Shown one piece after another: positions 1-9,297 of a DNA stretch of 64,000 bases. The notes under the pieces were generated by a model that had not been told where the DNA came from, ran no database searches, and saw nothing but the letters and a program-made list of their open reading frames with translations. The stretch is from a virus. Position numbers and translations under genes: made by a program. How positions within the stretch are numbered: the first letter of the stretch is position 1; each line of letters starts with the position of its first letter. The stretch covers positions 1-64,000 of the IMG/VR virus record IMGVR_UViG_3300046056_000003; one strand, written 5' to 3'.

Positions 1-301
1 CTGGCCCCGCTTTACCCGGAAGATCATTGGGTACCTTGGGAGGCCGAGGGCCAATCCCCGCGTGTTTATGCTGTGGGGCAATCACGCCCAGACTTTCTTG
101 ACCGGAGAGAAGCCCGCAATCGATCCCTTTTCCACCACGTGTCTCCGCGCCTCTCATCCGTCCCCAAGGTCCGCCTCCCGCAGCTTCTTCGGCTGTCGCC
201 ACTTCTCAAAGGCCAACGCTGCACTCGAAGAAGAGGGCCATGAGCCTATAGAGTGGCACGCTTCTTTGAATGATCTGGAAAGCCAAGAGGCAGTTGCATA
301 G
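1..301 (+). CDS. ung: uracil-DNA glycosylase, C-terminal part (gene enters from the left edge)
   Basis: Frame 2 translation reads ...NPRVFMLWGNHAQ...LRASHPSPRSASRSFFGCRHFSKANAALEEEGHEPIEW. This matches the family-1 UDG C-terminal signature (LWG.HAQ; HPSPLSA..GFFGC.HFS.AN; PI.W). Confidence 0.85.
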   Translation, partial: WPRFTRKIIGYLGRPRANPRVFMLWGNHAQTFLTGEKPAIDPFSTTCLRASHPSPRSASRSFFGCRHFSKANAALEEEGHEPIEWHASLNDLESQEAVA

Positions 302-322
302 CACAGGGATCAAGGCTTGCAA

Positions 323-366
323 TTGTCTACCCTCTTATCTACACTATAATCAGCGCGATAAGAGGG
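323..366 (+). promoter_or_regulatory. sigma70-like TTGTCT-N16-TATAAT bracketed by a 10-bp inverted repeat (CCCTCTTATC / GATAAGAGGG)
   Basis: TTGTCT lies at 323-328 and TATAAT at 345-350. Perfect 10-bp inverted-repeat arms at 330-339 and 357-366 flank the -10 element like an operator. The site is between the ung stop and the rIIA start. Promoter rules for this host are unknown. Confidence 0.25.
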
Positions 367-394
367 TCCTTCCCTGATCCAGTCCCTTTGTGCC

Positions 395-416
395 CCTGGG
401 GGTCCCTGCCCCCAGG
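395..416 (+). terminator. GC-rich hairpin CCTGGGGG-tccctg-CCCCCAGG
   Basis: Perfect 8-bp stem with a 6-nt loop, followed by cggcattttc, in the ung-rIIA spacer. Confidence 0.4.
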
Positions 417-445
417 CGGCATTTTCATCATTGACTCTATCGCCT

Positions 446-2887
446 ATGAAACTTCCCGACACTCAGCAAGAGGTCGAGACCCTGGGCGAGTCTGACCAGC
501 AAGACTTCACGATGGACGAGTCCTCCATGCATCTAGCCATGGATGCCTTCGTCCAGTACAAGGAGCCCATTGATTCCCTTGTTCGGGAGATTACCTCCAA
601 TGGGTTTGACGCCCACGCAGAAGCACAACGACTGAGAGACCTTCCGCTTGCCTCTCTTCTTGAGCACTCCGATTGGGACTCTCTTCCCTCCTACCAGACC
701 TGGACCTACTTCCAGGAGTGGCTCAGTCTCTTAGACCATCTCGAAGACTGGGAGGAGTCCGGCGTCATTGTCCGGATGTCAGAGAAGTATCCCTCCGGAG
801 GAGAACGCAAGATCGAAATTGAAGACAGAGGTGTGGGCATGGCCCCACGCCACTCCGACATTGAACCAAATGTTGGGATCTACACCACGTTCTTCGAATC
901 CACCAAGCGGGACACCAACGACAAGATTGGCACCTTCGGCATCGGTGCAAAAAGCCCTCTCGGCTACACCGACATGTTCGAAGTGATCTCCCGCTTCAAC
1001 GGCACCAAGTATCACTACGTGGTGTCGAAGGGAGAGAAGGTGCCCCGCATGGACCTCGTAGACCAGGAGCCGACCGACGAACCAAATGGTACAACGGTCA
1101 GGGTCAACATGAAGTCCGTGAGCGATTGGCGATCCTTTAAGGACGCCTGTAAGAAGCAGCTCGCCTACTTTCCGAATGTGCTCTTCGAAGGAGCGCTTTC
1201 CGGAAAGGTCTCCAACGACTTCAACATCTACGAGGGCCAAAACTTTGTTTTTCGGACGGACAATCCCTTCAACGAACTCCACATGTGCATCGGCGGGGTC
1301 TACTACCCGCTTGACTACGAGGCCGTAGACCTTGGGACCACCTACTCGAAGCGGCAGAAGTGGAATGTCCCCATCGCTCTGAAATTCGACATCGGTGAGC
1401 TTCCGATTCTCTGGAACCGGGAGAACGTGAAGTACACCGAAGAGGCGAAAGGAACCATCAAAGAGCGCATTTCCGACGTTCAGGACGAGCTACAGTCGAT
1501 CTTCGATGACTGCTACGGGGACAACGACACCGTTGGGGAGTGGCTGAATGCCTGGAATGCTTCTCAGGGAAGCACGGTGGATCTTACCGAGGACGTAAGT
1601 CTCAGCTTCACGGAGAAGTTTATTGCTTCCTCCGACGTTCCGGAGTTTGAAACCTACGAAAACATTCTCCCGAAGCTTCCCGGTGATCCTTTCTACCTCG
1701 CTAAGATCTACAAAAAGATCGACAAGGGCTACGTCTACCAAGGAGACTGGAGCAAGAAGCTGAAGGAATGCTACTTCAAAGGTCTCGACGGCGGGGTGTA
1801 CTACTGGGTAGAGAATCGCTATAGCCCCAAGACCAACCGCTACATCAATTGGGAGCATGGGCTTCGGAATTTCTATCTGATCAAGCCCAACATCGATGTC
1901 AATCTGGACCTATCTGATGATGAAGACAAGTCTAAGGCCGTTCGCCGCTTCAAAACCTATTACTCAGAGGATTTTGTAGCTCGGGAAGACATCTCCGACC
2001 TGCAACTGAAGACGATGCTTCATTTTGAGAGAAAAGTTCTCAAGCTGATCAGAAGCAAGTGTCGAGACTACAGCACGGAGGAGCCCACCGACGAGTTTAA
2101 GGAGATCGACAAGAATCGAGATCGGAAAAACGGCTCCTCAAACAGCCGCAGCATGAGCAAGAAGAAGCGGCAGGAAACCTTCCCGTGCAAGATGTACAGT
2201 TCCGGGGGTAGCTACTCCGGCTCTAAGTGGAGCCAGAAGCGAATGAAGTGGAAGAAAATCCACAATCCCGATCTGATTATCTACGGCCACCGGAAGCACG
2301 GCGATGACCTTCTCGACGTTGGCGACGTCTTTCATGACTTGAGCTACCTCAGTGACTACAGGTCCAACGGCTTCAAAACCGATCGGGTCTGGGTCATGAA
2401 AATCGCCAAGTCCAGGGTCGAACACTTCGAAGCCCTGGACACCAGCATTTTTATCGACAACGTGTGGGACCACTACTGGGGCTTCCTTCGCCGCAAGTAT
2501 ACGAAGGAGCAGGTCAACAACATCGTCAATCCATCTAGAATCCCCGATGGGCTATCGAAAATGTTTCCCCGAGTGAACGAGCTTTCGGAGACACTCAATT
2601 CCGAGCTAAACAACACGGGAGGACGACTGCCCACGTGGATTAAGGATGAGATTGACACTGACAAATACGTTGACCACCGATACCTACGGATGGCGAAAGA
2701 GCTGAAGGGATGGGTACTTAAATATCCTCTCTTCAAGGCTTTGAATCGGTATCGGGCAAAGAAAAATATGCCCAGTCACGCTACTTTCGATGAGGAGATT
2801 CAGTCCTACATCGAAAGCAAAAGTGAGTGCCATCCACTCCTTACTTATCGTTACCATCAACACAACCAGCAAACATCAAATGGATAG
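446..2887 (+). CDS. rIIA: rIIA-like protein with N-terminal GHKL (Hsp90/histidine-kinase-like) ATPase domain
   Basis: GHKL motifs appear in order: REITSNGFDAH (E..N..DA), IEIEDRGVGM (D.G.GM) and TFGIGAKS (G..G.G). The size is ~810 aa and it sits directly upstream of an rIIB-like gene. I prefer the ATG at 446 over the TTG at 431. Confidence 0.75.
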   Translation: MKLPDTQQEVETLGESDQQDFTMDESSMHLAMDAFVQYKEPIDSLVREITSNGFDAHAEAQRLRDLPLASLLEHSDWDSLPSYQTWTYFQEWLSLLDHLEDWEESGVIVRMSEKYPSGGERKIEIEDRGVGMAPRHSDIEPNVGIYTTFFESTKRDTNDKIGTFGIGAKSPLGYTDMFEVISRFNGTKYHYVVSKGEKVPRMDLVDQEPTDEPNGTTVRVNMKSVSDWRSFKDACKKQLAYFPNVLFEGALSGKVSNDFNIYEGQNFVFRTDNPFNELHMCIGGVYYPLDYEAVDLGTTYSKRQKWNVPIALKFDIGELPILWNRENVKYTEEAKGTIKERISDVQDELQSIFDDCYGDNDTVGEWLNAWNASQGSTVDLTEDVSLSFTEKFIASSDVPEFETYENILPKLPGDPFYLAKIYKKIDKGYVYQGDWSKKLKECYFKGLDGGVYYWVENRYSPKTNRYINWEHGLRNFYLIKPNIDVNLDLSDDEDKSKAVRRFKTYYSEDFVAREDISDLQLKTMLHFERKVLKLIRSKCRDYSTEEPTDEFKEIDKNRDRKNGSSNSRSMSKKKRQETFPCKMYSSGGSYSGSKWSQKRMKWKKIHNPDLIIYGHRKHGDDLLDVGDVFHDLSYLSDYRSNGFKTDRVWVMKIAKSRVEHFEALDTSIFIDNVWDHYWGFLRRKYTKEQVNNIVNPSRIPDGLSKMFPRVNELSETLNSELNNTGGRLPTWIKDEIDTDKYVDHRYLRMAKELKGWVLKYPLFKALNRYRAKKNMPSHATFDEEIQSYIESKSECHPLLTYRYHQHNQQTSNG

Positions 2888-4472
2888 ATCTAACGTCTTT
2901 GCAATGCGGACCTCTGGAGGGTCCGTAAAGGTCGTTTTCGAGGGACAACACTACCTCAAGACCGAGAACGCCGATGAGATTTATGCGGCGGCGCAGCAGC
3001 TTCGAAAAAAGGACACCGAAGAATACCGCGAGCGCCTTCGCAACCTTCTTGATCCCCACTACCGCGAGGTGGTCATGAGTGACCTTGAGCGGGACAACCT
3101 GGGCAACCTGTACCTGGAAGGGTTCAATCAGCCCCTGGGCGAAGGCATGGTCAGTCTGATCGAAGAGCACCACGAGCAGGACCTGCCTACCGCTCCCTTC
3201 AAGGAGTTCTGGAAGCGTCTCCAGCTCAATCCCAACCAGAAGGCGCGGGAGGACTTCTTTGAGTACGTGCGGGACTTCGGCCTCACCATTACGGATGAGG
3301 GCTACGTCATCCTGTACAAGGCCGTTGACCGCAATCCTCACGCGGATCTGGACAACGACCTCGTAGAGTTTGTCGGCCAGGAGTACCTCAAACACCAAGT
3401 CTCCCGGTCGAACCCCAATCCGGAAGATGTCTTCGTCGTAGAAGACGAGGACGGGGAGTACGCCATCGTTGAGGAGGAGGCTACGTCCACGGTTCCTCCC
3501 ATCGAAGACGACGTGGACTTCCTGAACGTCGGTGATCTTTCGGTGACCAACCTCCTCGAAGAGGCAAAAGCTCGGGGTATTGTCGATCAGATCAACGGTC
3601 TCGAATTTCGCTTCGAGGGCATTGACCACGTGCTCGGCCACCTCAAGGATGATGACCCGGACGCCTATCCTCTTCCCGACATTCGGGATGCCCTTCGTAA
3701 AGAGGTGATGTGCCCGAAGGATGTCGTTCTTGCAGATTTCGAGGACGACCCCCGCACCCTGCTTCCCGTCATGAAGCATGAGGGCGTGATTAACGACTAC
3801 GAGTTTCAAGGCATCAACAAGGTGTCCGTTACCAGGGACGGACGTTCTGTCCTCTTGGATAGCCTTGAGAACACAAAGATGGGTGACCGCATGGCCGAGG
3901 ATCTTGCGGCTGCTCGCCCAGACCTCGTGGATCCGACGCCGGATACCACGGAGCTGGAGTATCACGGCACCCTTGCCGAGATGTACACGCTCATCGTGGA
4001 GTCCTCCGATGCTCAGTTCCAGCCCTGGTATGAGGGGGGCGAGTACGGCAACGAGATTGACCTTGGGGAAATGATCTCCATGCCCCGTGAAGAGTGCGAT
4101 CCCAACAGCAACGTCGCTTGCTCTCAGGGCCTTCACGTCGGCAGCCACAAGTACGTCGAGTCCTTCGGCTCCAACATGGACGTGATCCTTGCCTGCGTAG
4201 TCAGTCCACGGGATATTGTGGCGCTACCAGACCGGGACCACAGCAAGGTGCGCTTCTGCCGCTACCTTCCCTACGCGACCATGGAGCGGAATGACGACGG
4301 CTCCTGGGAGGAGATCGAGGCCGTTCAAGTGTCTACCCATCGGTTGGAGGACGACTTCGACTACGGTGGGGCACTTGAGAACCTCGAAAACCAGGAGGAC
4401 CTGAGCGACGTGCAGCAGGATCGGAAGAAGATCCTCGAAGAGCGGGTCCAGCAGCTCCACACAGCGGAGTAA
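2880..4472 (+). CDS. rIIB: rIIB-like protein
   Basis: The C-terminal block ACSQGLHVGSHKYVESFGSNMDVILACVVSPRDIVALPDRDHSKVRFCRY parallels the T4 rIIB C-terminus as I recall it (CSRGLHV.S..Y...FG......V.V.PRDVV.IP.DY...K.R.C.Y). The ATG at 2880 overlaps the rIIA stop (ATGGATAG). Confidence 0.75.
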   Translation: MDRSNVFAMRTSGGSVKVVFEGQHYLKTENADEIYAAAQQLRKKDTEEYRERLRNLLDPHYREVVMSDLERDNLGNLYLEGFNQPLGEGMVSLIEEHHEQDLPTAPFKEFWKRLQLNPNQKAREDFFEYVRDFGLTITDEGYVILYKAVDRNPHADLDNDLVEFVGQEYLKHQVSRSNPNPEDVFVVEDEDGEYAIVEEEATSTVPPIEDDVDFLNVGDLSVTNLLEEAKARGIVDQINGLEFRFEGIDHVLGHLKDDDPDAYPLPDIRDALRKEVMCPKDVVLADFEDDPRTLLPVMKHEGVINDYEFQGINKVSVTRDGRSVLLDSLENTKMGDRMAEDLAAARPDLVDPTPDTTELEYHGTLAEMYTLIVESSDAQFQPWYEGGEYGNEIDLGEMISMPREECDPNSNVACSQGLHVGSHKYVESFGSNMDVILACVVSPRDIVALPDRDHSKVRFCRYLPYATMERNDDGSWEEIEAVQVSTHRLEDDFDYGGALENLENQEDLSDVQQDRKKILEERVQQLHTAE

Positions 4473-4512
4473 GACCGTCTGGAAGCGGTCAGAGGGTGCA
4501 AAAATACTGGAA

Positions 4513-4540
4513 GGGAAGGGCCGTTTGATGGGCCCTTCCC
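4513..4540 (+). terminator. hairpin GGGAAGGGCC-gtttgatg-GGCCCTTCCC after rIIB
   Basis: Perfect 10-bp stem with an 8-nt loop, 41 nt after the rIIB stop. The downstream T-tract is weak. Confidence 0.4.
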
Positions 4541-4548
4541 TGTCCAGT

Positions 4549-4575
4549 CCCTTTACCAACAGTCACAACCAGCAA
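4549..4575 (+). promoter_or_regulatory. conserved G-poor leader motif copy (CCCTTTACCAACAGTCACAACCAGCAA)
   Basis: Near-identical to the copies abutting the ATGs at 48538, 58604 and 61100 on the other strand. It is preceded by CCAGTCCCTTT, which also occurs at 379-389. Confidence 0.4.
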
Positions 4576-4641
4576 AGAAGCGACTATTGGATTTTTCTAT
4601 ATAGGGGCCGCCCCTTGGAAGTTCAAGCTGCCCCGATAAAC

Positions 4642-4680
4642 CCCTTTACTGTCAACTTATTATTCACAACCAACGTTTTC
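4642..4680 (+). promoter_or_regulatory. leader motif variant directly 5' of mazG ATG (CCCTTTACTGTCAAC...CACAACCAACGTTTTC)
   Basis: It has the same CCCTTTAC...CAAC...ACAACCA architecture and ends at the start codon at 4681. Confidence 0.35.
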
Positions 4681-5214
4681 ATGATTAGCGACGAGATTAG
4701 CTCTGTATCCGACTACGTAAAGGCGACTTCTCGCACCTGGAGCAACGAGTTCCACGAGCACCTCCTGGAAGGCCGTGCTCTGGCCGTCGATATGGAAGAG
4801 GTGGCTGATCATCTGGACACCTTCTTAGACGACGCAAAGAAAGCCCTCTTCTACGGAGACGAGGAGACCAGCCGAAAGGAGTGCATAGACTATCTTCTCT
4901 CCAACTGCTTCAAGAGCGAGAAGCAGAAGTACATCCTCCACGCAGCCCTGGGGATCGCCACCGAAGCCGGCGAAATCCTTGAAGCTGTGTCTGCCCGTTT
5001 TATGGGAAACGACATTGACCTCGTCAATCTTTCTGAGGAGATCGGGGACCTCCTGTACTACGTGGCTCGGCTTGCCGATGCCATCGGTGTAGACCTTCTT
5101 GAGGTGATGAAAACCAACATTGAAAAGCTTGAAGAGCGATTTCCCGAAGAGTTCAGTCAGGAGGATGCCCTAAACCGCGACCGAGACCAGGAGCGAGAGG
5201 TTCTGGAATCCTAA
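4681..5214 (+). CDS. mazG: MazG-like nucleoside triphosphate pyrophosphohydrolase
   Basis: ALGIATEAGEILEAV...EEIGDLLYYVARLADAIGVDLLEVMKTNIEKLEERFP is the MazG EXXE / E..GD..wY helical signature. I chose the start at the ATG that follows the leader motif. Confidence 0.8.
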   Translation: MISDEISSVSDYVKATSRTWSNEFHEHLLEGRALAVDMEEVADHLDTFLDDAKKALFYGDEETSRKECIDYLLSNCFKSEKQKYILHAALGIATEAGEILEAVSARFMGNDIDLVNLSEEIGDLLYYVARLADAIGVDLLEVMKTNIEKLEERFPEEFSQEDALNRDRDQEREVLES

Positions 5215-5259
5215 GCGGGCCCTTTCACCAGCTACATCAACCAGCATTGATCTAAATCT

Positions 5260-8200
5260 ATGCCACAACGAGGACTAGAACATACACGTCGATTCTGCCC
5301 CAATGGGACGAGGCCCTATGAAACGGTAGAATGGACGAAGTACGACGCCGTCATTGAAAACCCGAAAACCGGAAAGACCGTCTTCGAGCAGAAGGCCGTG
5401 GTCTTTCCCGAATCCTGGTCCCAGCAGTCCGTCAACATCGTGGCCTCGAAGTACTTCTTCGGGGATCTCGATGCAAAAAACGGAAGTCCTGCCGAGGGAA
5501 ATAGAGAGTATCATCTAAAACAGCTCATTGATCGGGTGGGAGACACCATCGCCGATGAAGGCCACAAACGCGGCTACTTTCGGACCCATGAGGACAAGAT
5601 TGACTTCCTGATGGACCTGAAGTGGCTTCTTCTTCACCAGCATGCAGCCTTCAACAGCCCCGTTTGGTTCAACGTCGGCCTTGGGCAAGCCTACGGCGTG
5701 AAGGAGGGAGACGAGCAGAACCTTCTCTTCAACAAGAACAGCGCCGAAGAGCCCGTCGAAGAGGTGGATCCCTATGTCTTCCCCCAGGCGGCGGCGTGCT
5801 TCATCTTGGAGATCAACGACGACATAGACGCCATCTGGGACACGATGAAAGAGTCTGCACGCCTCTTCAAGTTTGGGTCCGGAGTAGGGGCCGACTGGTC
5901 GAAGCTTCGGTCCTCCAAAGAAAGCGTCTCCGGAGGCGGGACCGCAAGTGGACCTGTGAGCTTCATGCGGGTTCAAGATGCAACCGGGGCAACAATTAAA
6001 TCAGGGGGTAAGACGAGGAGGAGTGCGATAATGGACATCCTACGTGCTGACCATCCAGACATCTGGGAGTTTGTCAACGTCAAGAAGGAGGAAGAAGACA
6101 AGGCCAAATCCCTCATCAAAGATGGGTATGATCCCAGCTTTAATGGGGAAGCCTACGGGACTGCCGATTTCCAGGACGTGAATATGTCTGTCCGGATTGA
6201 CGACGACTTCTTCGAGATGATAGAAGACGATGAGGCTGGAGTGTACAAGACAGAGGCGGTCACGTCTGGAAAAGTCCTTGGGACCTACGCTCCCTACAAG
6301 CTTCTCCGAAGGATTGCGAAGAACACGCATGAATGCGGAGACCCCGGAATTCAGTATGATGGGGCCATTCAGCGGTGGCACACGTGCCCAGAGAGCGGGC
6401 GAATAAACGGCTCTAACCCCTGCTCGGAATTTTTGTTCTTGGACAATACTGCTTGCAACCTCGCCTCCATCAACCTTCGAAAGATGGAGACAGAAGATGG
6501 GTGGGATCCCAAACGCCTCCGGAAGACGGCGGAAATCATGTTCACCGCCCAGGACATCCTCTGCGACATTGCTGGGTATCCGAGCAAAGACATTGCAGAG
6601 ATGTCGGAGAACTTCCGCCCGCTGGGCCTAGGATTTGCCAACCTTGGGGCTACCCTCATGCAAAAGGGCATCGCCTACGACTCCAATAAAGGCCGGGCCA
6701 TTGCTGCGGGGCTGCAAAGCATCATTCACTTTGCGGCCTACAACCGGAGCACGAAGATGGCGAAGGCCCTGGAGCCGTTCTCGAAGTACGAGAAAAACGA
6801 GGACGACTTCCTCAAGGTGATGACGCAGCACAGGAATGCCCTTGCCGATCTGGTTCACGGAGATCACGATTACCTATCGGACATCACCAAAGAGGGCGAC
6901 CTTCCGTGTGAGGATGCGAGCGAACTTATGCTGTACGCCAAGGAGCTGGCCGGAGAGATGTACAAAAGAGGGTCTATATACGGGTATCGAAACTCTCAGG
7001 CCACGGTGATTGCCCCTACGGGCACCATCTCATTCTACATGGGATGCACCACCACAGGCATCGAGCCTTCCCCGGCCCTCGTGCAGTACAAGGCGCTTGC
7101 AGGATCGGAGGACTCGATGATTAAGATCGTCAACGACTGCGTGGGAGAGGCCATTCTTGCTCTGGGCTATGATCCAGATGCAGCCACGCTTGTCGAAGAG
7201 TACGTCAAGTCCAACGATACTATCGAAGGAGTGAACGACGTCCTTTGGGAAAACGGGTATAAGGCTCTCACGAACGAAGAGATGGAAGTCTTCGATACCG
7301 CCATGTCCCAGGGAGACCATTCCATCGACCCTACCGGACACATCGACATGATGGCGTCGGTGCAGCCCTTCGTCAGTGGAGCAATCTCCAAGACGGTCAA
7401 CCTTCCGGAGAATGCCACCGTGGAGGACGTGGAGGACGCATATATGCGCGGGTGGCGTCTTGGTCTCAAAGCCCTTGCTATCTACCGAGATGGGTCCAAA
7501 GATTCTCAGCCCGTCAATACCACCGATGGTTCGGAGAACGCCGATAAATCGGAAAACAATGGTTCAGAGAACGATGAATCCAAAAACTCCGAAGAGGCGG
7601 AGGAAGAGCCAAATGCGTTCGAGCAAGCTCTAGGGGAAGAGATCGAATACGCAGCGGCCATTGAGGTGATTGACTCCGCCTTAGATGACGGAAAGGTTTC
7701 TACAACTGACGTCCTGGACCAGCTCAAGATTGGGATGGGGCCCTTCGAATACGAGACTGCCATCAGAACCATCCAGGAAGCTATTGAGGATGGGGCCGGA
7801 GACCTGTCCATCCTGGGCGACCTTGGCATCACCCCCTCGGAGCTTCCCATCGGGTCCAGTGACCGCCGAAAGCTTCCGGACCAGGCCCCGTCTATCCGAA
7901 AGAAGTTTCAGGTTGGGGCTGCCGAAGGGTACATCCACGTCGGCCTCTATCCGGACACCAAGAAGCCTGGAGAGGTGTTTATCACCGTCTCGAAGGAAGG
8001 CTCCACGCTTGCCGGAGTGATGGACAGCTTTGCTACGTCTATCTCCCTAGCCCTGCAATACGGAGTGCCCCTGGAGGATCTGGTGGAGAAGTTCAAGAAT
8101 CAGAGGTTCGAGCCCTCCGGCTTCACGGGAGACGACATCAAGTCCGCCACCTCCATTGTGGACTACGTGGCGAAGTTCCTCGAACAGGAGTTTTTGAAAG

Positions 8201-8412
8201 AGGACGCTGTAGAGGCCGAGCCTGTAGACTTCTCCAAGCCGCAGGTGACGCAATCCTCGGAAACCTCCGATGAGGCAGACGAAGAGCATGTCGGAGAGAC
8301 CCTCGACGAGTTTGCAGAGAGAGTCTGTGAGAACTGCGGCAGCATCATGCGGCAGGATGGCACATGCTTCGTGTGCCCGACATGCGGTGAGGATACTGGA
8401 TGCGGCGGATAG
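5260..8412 (+). CDS. nrdJ: ribonucleotide reductase, class II (adenosylcobalamin-type, NrdJ-like) with C-terminal Cys4 zinc ribbon
   Basis: RNR core motifs are present: AACFIL, FGSGVGADWSKLRS, NPCSEFLFLDNTACNLASINL and ATVIAPTGTISF. The late block is PGEVFITVSKEGSTLAGVMDSFATSISLALQYGVPLEDLV..RFEPSG, and the C-terminus is CENCGS..QDGTCFVCPTCG. No nrdB-like partner is adjacent. Confidence 0.88.
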   Translation: MPQRGLEHTRRFCPNGTRPYETVEWTKYDAVIENPKTGKTVFEQKAVVFPESWSQQSVNIVASKYFFGDLDAKNGSPAEGNREYHLKQLIDRVGDTIADEGHKRGYFRTHEDKIDFLMDLKWLLLHQHAAFNSPVWFNVGLGQAYGVKEGDEQNLLFNKNSAEEPVEEVDPYVFPQAAACFILEINDDIDAIWDTMKESARLFKFGSGVGADWSKLRSSKESVSGGGTASGPVSFMRVQDATGATIKSGGKTRRSAIMDILRADHPDIWEFVNVKKEEEDKAKSLIKDGYDPSFNGEAYGTADFQDVNMSVRIDDDFFEMIEDDEAGVYKTEAVTSGKVLGTYAPYKLLRRIAKNTHECGDPGIQYDGAIQRWHTCPESGRINGSNPCSEFLFLDNTACNLASINLRKMETEDGWDPKRLRKTAEIMFTAQDILCDIAGYPSKDIAEMSENFRPLGLGFANLGATLMQKGIAYDSNKGRAIAAGLQSIIHFAAYNRSTKMAKALEPFSKYEKNEDDFLKVMTQHRNALADLVHGDHDYLSDITKEGDLPCEDASELMLYAKELAGEMYKRGSIYGYRNSQATVIAPTGTISFYMGCTTTGIEPSPALVQYKALAGSEDSMIKIVNDCVGEAILALGYDPDAATLVEEYVKSNDTIEGVNDVLWENGYKALTNEEMEVFDTAMSQGDHSIDPTGHIDMMASVQPFVSGAISKTVNLPENATVEDVEDAYMRGWRLGLKALAIYRDGSKDSQPVNTTDGSENADKSENNGSENDESKNSEEAEEEPNAFEQALGEEIEYAAAIEVIDSALDDGKVSTTDVLDQLKIGMGPFEYETAIRTIQEAIEDGAGDLSILGDLGITPSELPIGSSDRRKLPDQAPSIRKKFQVGAAEGYIHVGLYPDTKKPGEVFITVSKEGSTLAGVMDSFATSISLALQYGVPLEDLVEKFKNQRFEPSGFTGDDIKSATSIVDYVAKFLEQEFLKEDAVEAEPVDFSKPQVTQSSETSDEADEEHVGETLDEFAERVCENCGSIMRQDGTCFVCPTCGEDTGCGG

Positions 8413-8425
8413 AACATAGAAACTA
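8408..8425. repeat. direct repeat copy 1 (GATAGAACATAGAAACTA)
   Basis: 17 of 18 nt are identical to 9298-9315. It overlaps the nrdJ stop codon. Confidence 0.85.
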
Positions 8426-8430
8426 GAATC

Positions 8431-9276
8431 ATGATGATTGACTCCCTCTCAAACACGTATCGGTATGGCGTAATTGCCCTCGTGGCAGCGCTTGTTCTGT
8501 GGTTTTTGACGAGCGTTGCCCAAGGGCAAACCCTACGCCCTGAAGGCAAGGTGAACATCTCTGCGTGGGCCACGAGCGCTCACTGCTACCAGCACTCCAT
8601 GACCGCCGAAGGAATCCTCCAAGGCACCTGGGGCCCAGCCCTCCTCCGTGCCCGCCTTCAGGTTCGGCGTTGGGGAGCATGTGATTCGAAGATCCAAAGC
8701 TCAATCTTCAACGCCGAGTCTGGGCGGGCCTACAGCAGACGTCAGTCCGTGCTTTTAGGAGTCCGCCTTGGGCAAAAGCCCCGGAAGCTCATCCTGGGGG
8801 CACAGTGGGATCGACGTTCTGCCCATCACGTGTGGAGACACCGGGGCCGGGAAAACCGCCATCCGTGGTTTCCGAAAGACTGGGAAACTGGGCGCAAAGG
8901 ATGCACAGGAAAATCGGTGCCAGACAATCCCCCTGGGGCCTCGTGTCCCGCTCTCGGGTATTGGGATGGGATTCGTCCCTATCTCCAAGTTCATGTGCAT
9001 GGCGTTGAGCTTTCAGCACGTGGGCCACTACTCCGGTGGAAGAACGTTACCCTTCCGTGGCCCTCAGTCATCGGAGAAGCCCGGTACCAGTGGAACCAGT
9101 GGATCGTAAGATTCTGGATGCAACACGGAGGCCCGCAAGACGAGGCCGGAATCGTGTATCTCACGCGGGAGCTTCCGAGTGATGTATACGTTCAGGCATC
9201 CTTTGGGAGACGCCCCCTTCCCGAATGGAAACAGCGGCACGCAGATGTGCTTGCGTTTACCGTTGGTCTTCGGTAA
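8431..9276 (+). CDS. secreted basic Trp/Arg-rich protein, outer-membrane beta-barrel-like (candidate moron)
   Basis: 846 nt are open. The N-terminal signal peptide is YGVIALVAALVLWFLTSVAQG/QT. Alternating hydrophobic patterns occur (RARLQVRRW, YLQVHVHGVELSA, IVRFWMQHG), and the terminal strand is VLAFTVGLR. The composition is strongly basic, unlike the acidic neighbours. Confidence 0.5.
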   Translation: MMIDSLSNTYRYGVIALVAALVLWFLTSVAQGQTLRPEGKVNISAWATSAHCYQHSMTAEGILQGTWGPALLRARLQVRRWGACDSKIQSSIFNAESGRAYSRRQSVLLGVRLGQKPRKLILGAQWDRRSAHHVWRHRGRENRHPWFPKDWETGRKGCTGKSVPDNPPGASCPALGYWDGIRPYLQVHVHGVELSARGPLLRWKNVTLPWPSVIGEARYQWNQWIVRFWMQHGGPQDEAGIVYLTRELPSDVYVQASFGRRPLPEWKQRHADVLAFTVGLR

Positions 9277-9297
9277 CTATTAGGGGCACATCCAGAA

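Noticed and set aside
2841-4148. A 435-aa minus-strand ORF antisense to rIIB.
   Set aside because: It is a long antisense frame kept open by the codon bias of the real gene. The composition is Val/Leu/Gly/Arg-rich, and the + strand frame carries the rIIB signature.
4525-4680. An N-terminal extension of mazG from TTG 4525 or ATG 4528.
   Set aside because: The extension would run through the rIIB terminator-like hairpin and both leader-motif copies, and it adds non-MazG sequence. The ATG at 4681 directly follows a leader motif.
8755-9109. A cluster of four or five overlapping ORFs of 67-113 aa in several frames.
   Set aside because: All lie within the 846-nt signal-peptide ORF in a locally GC-rich stretch where stop codons are rare. 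They are most simply frame shadows, not separate genes.
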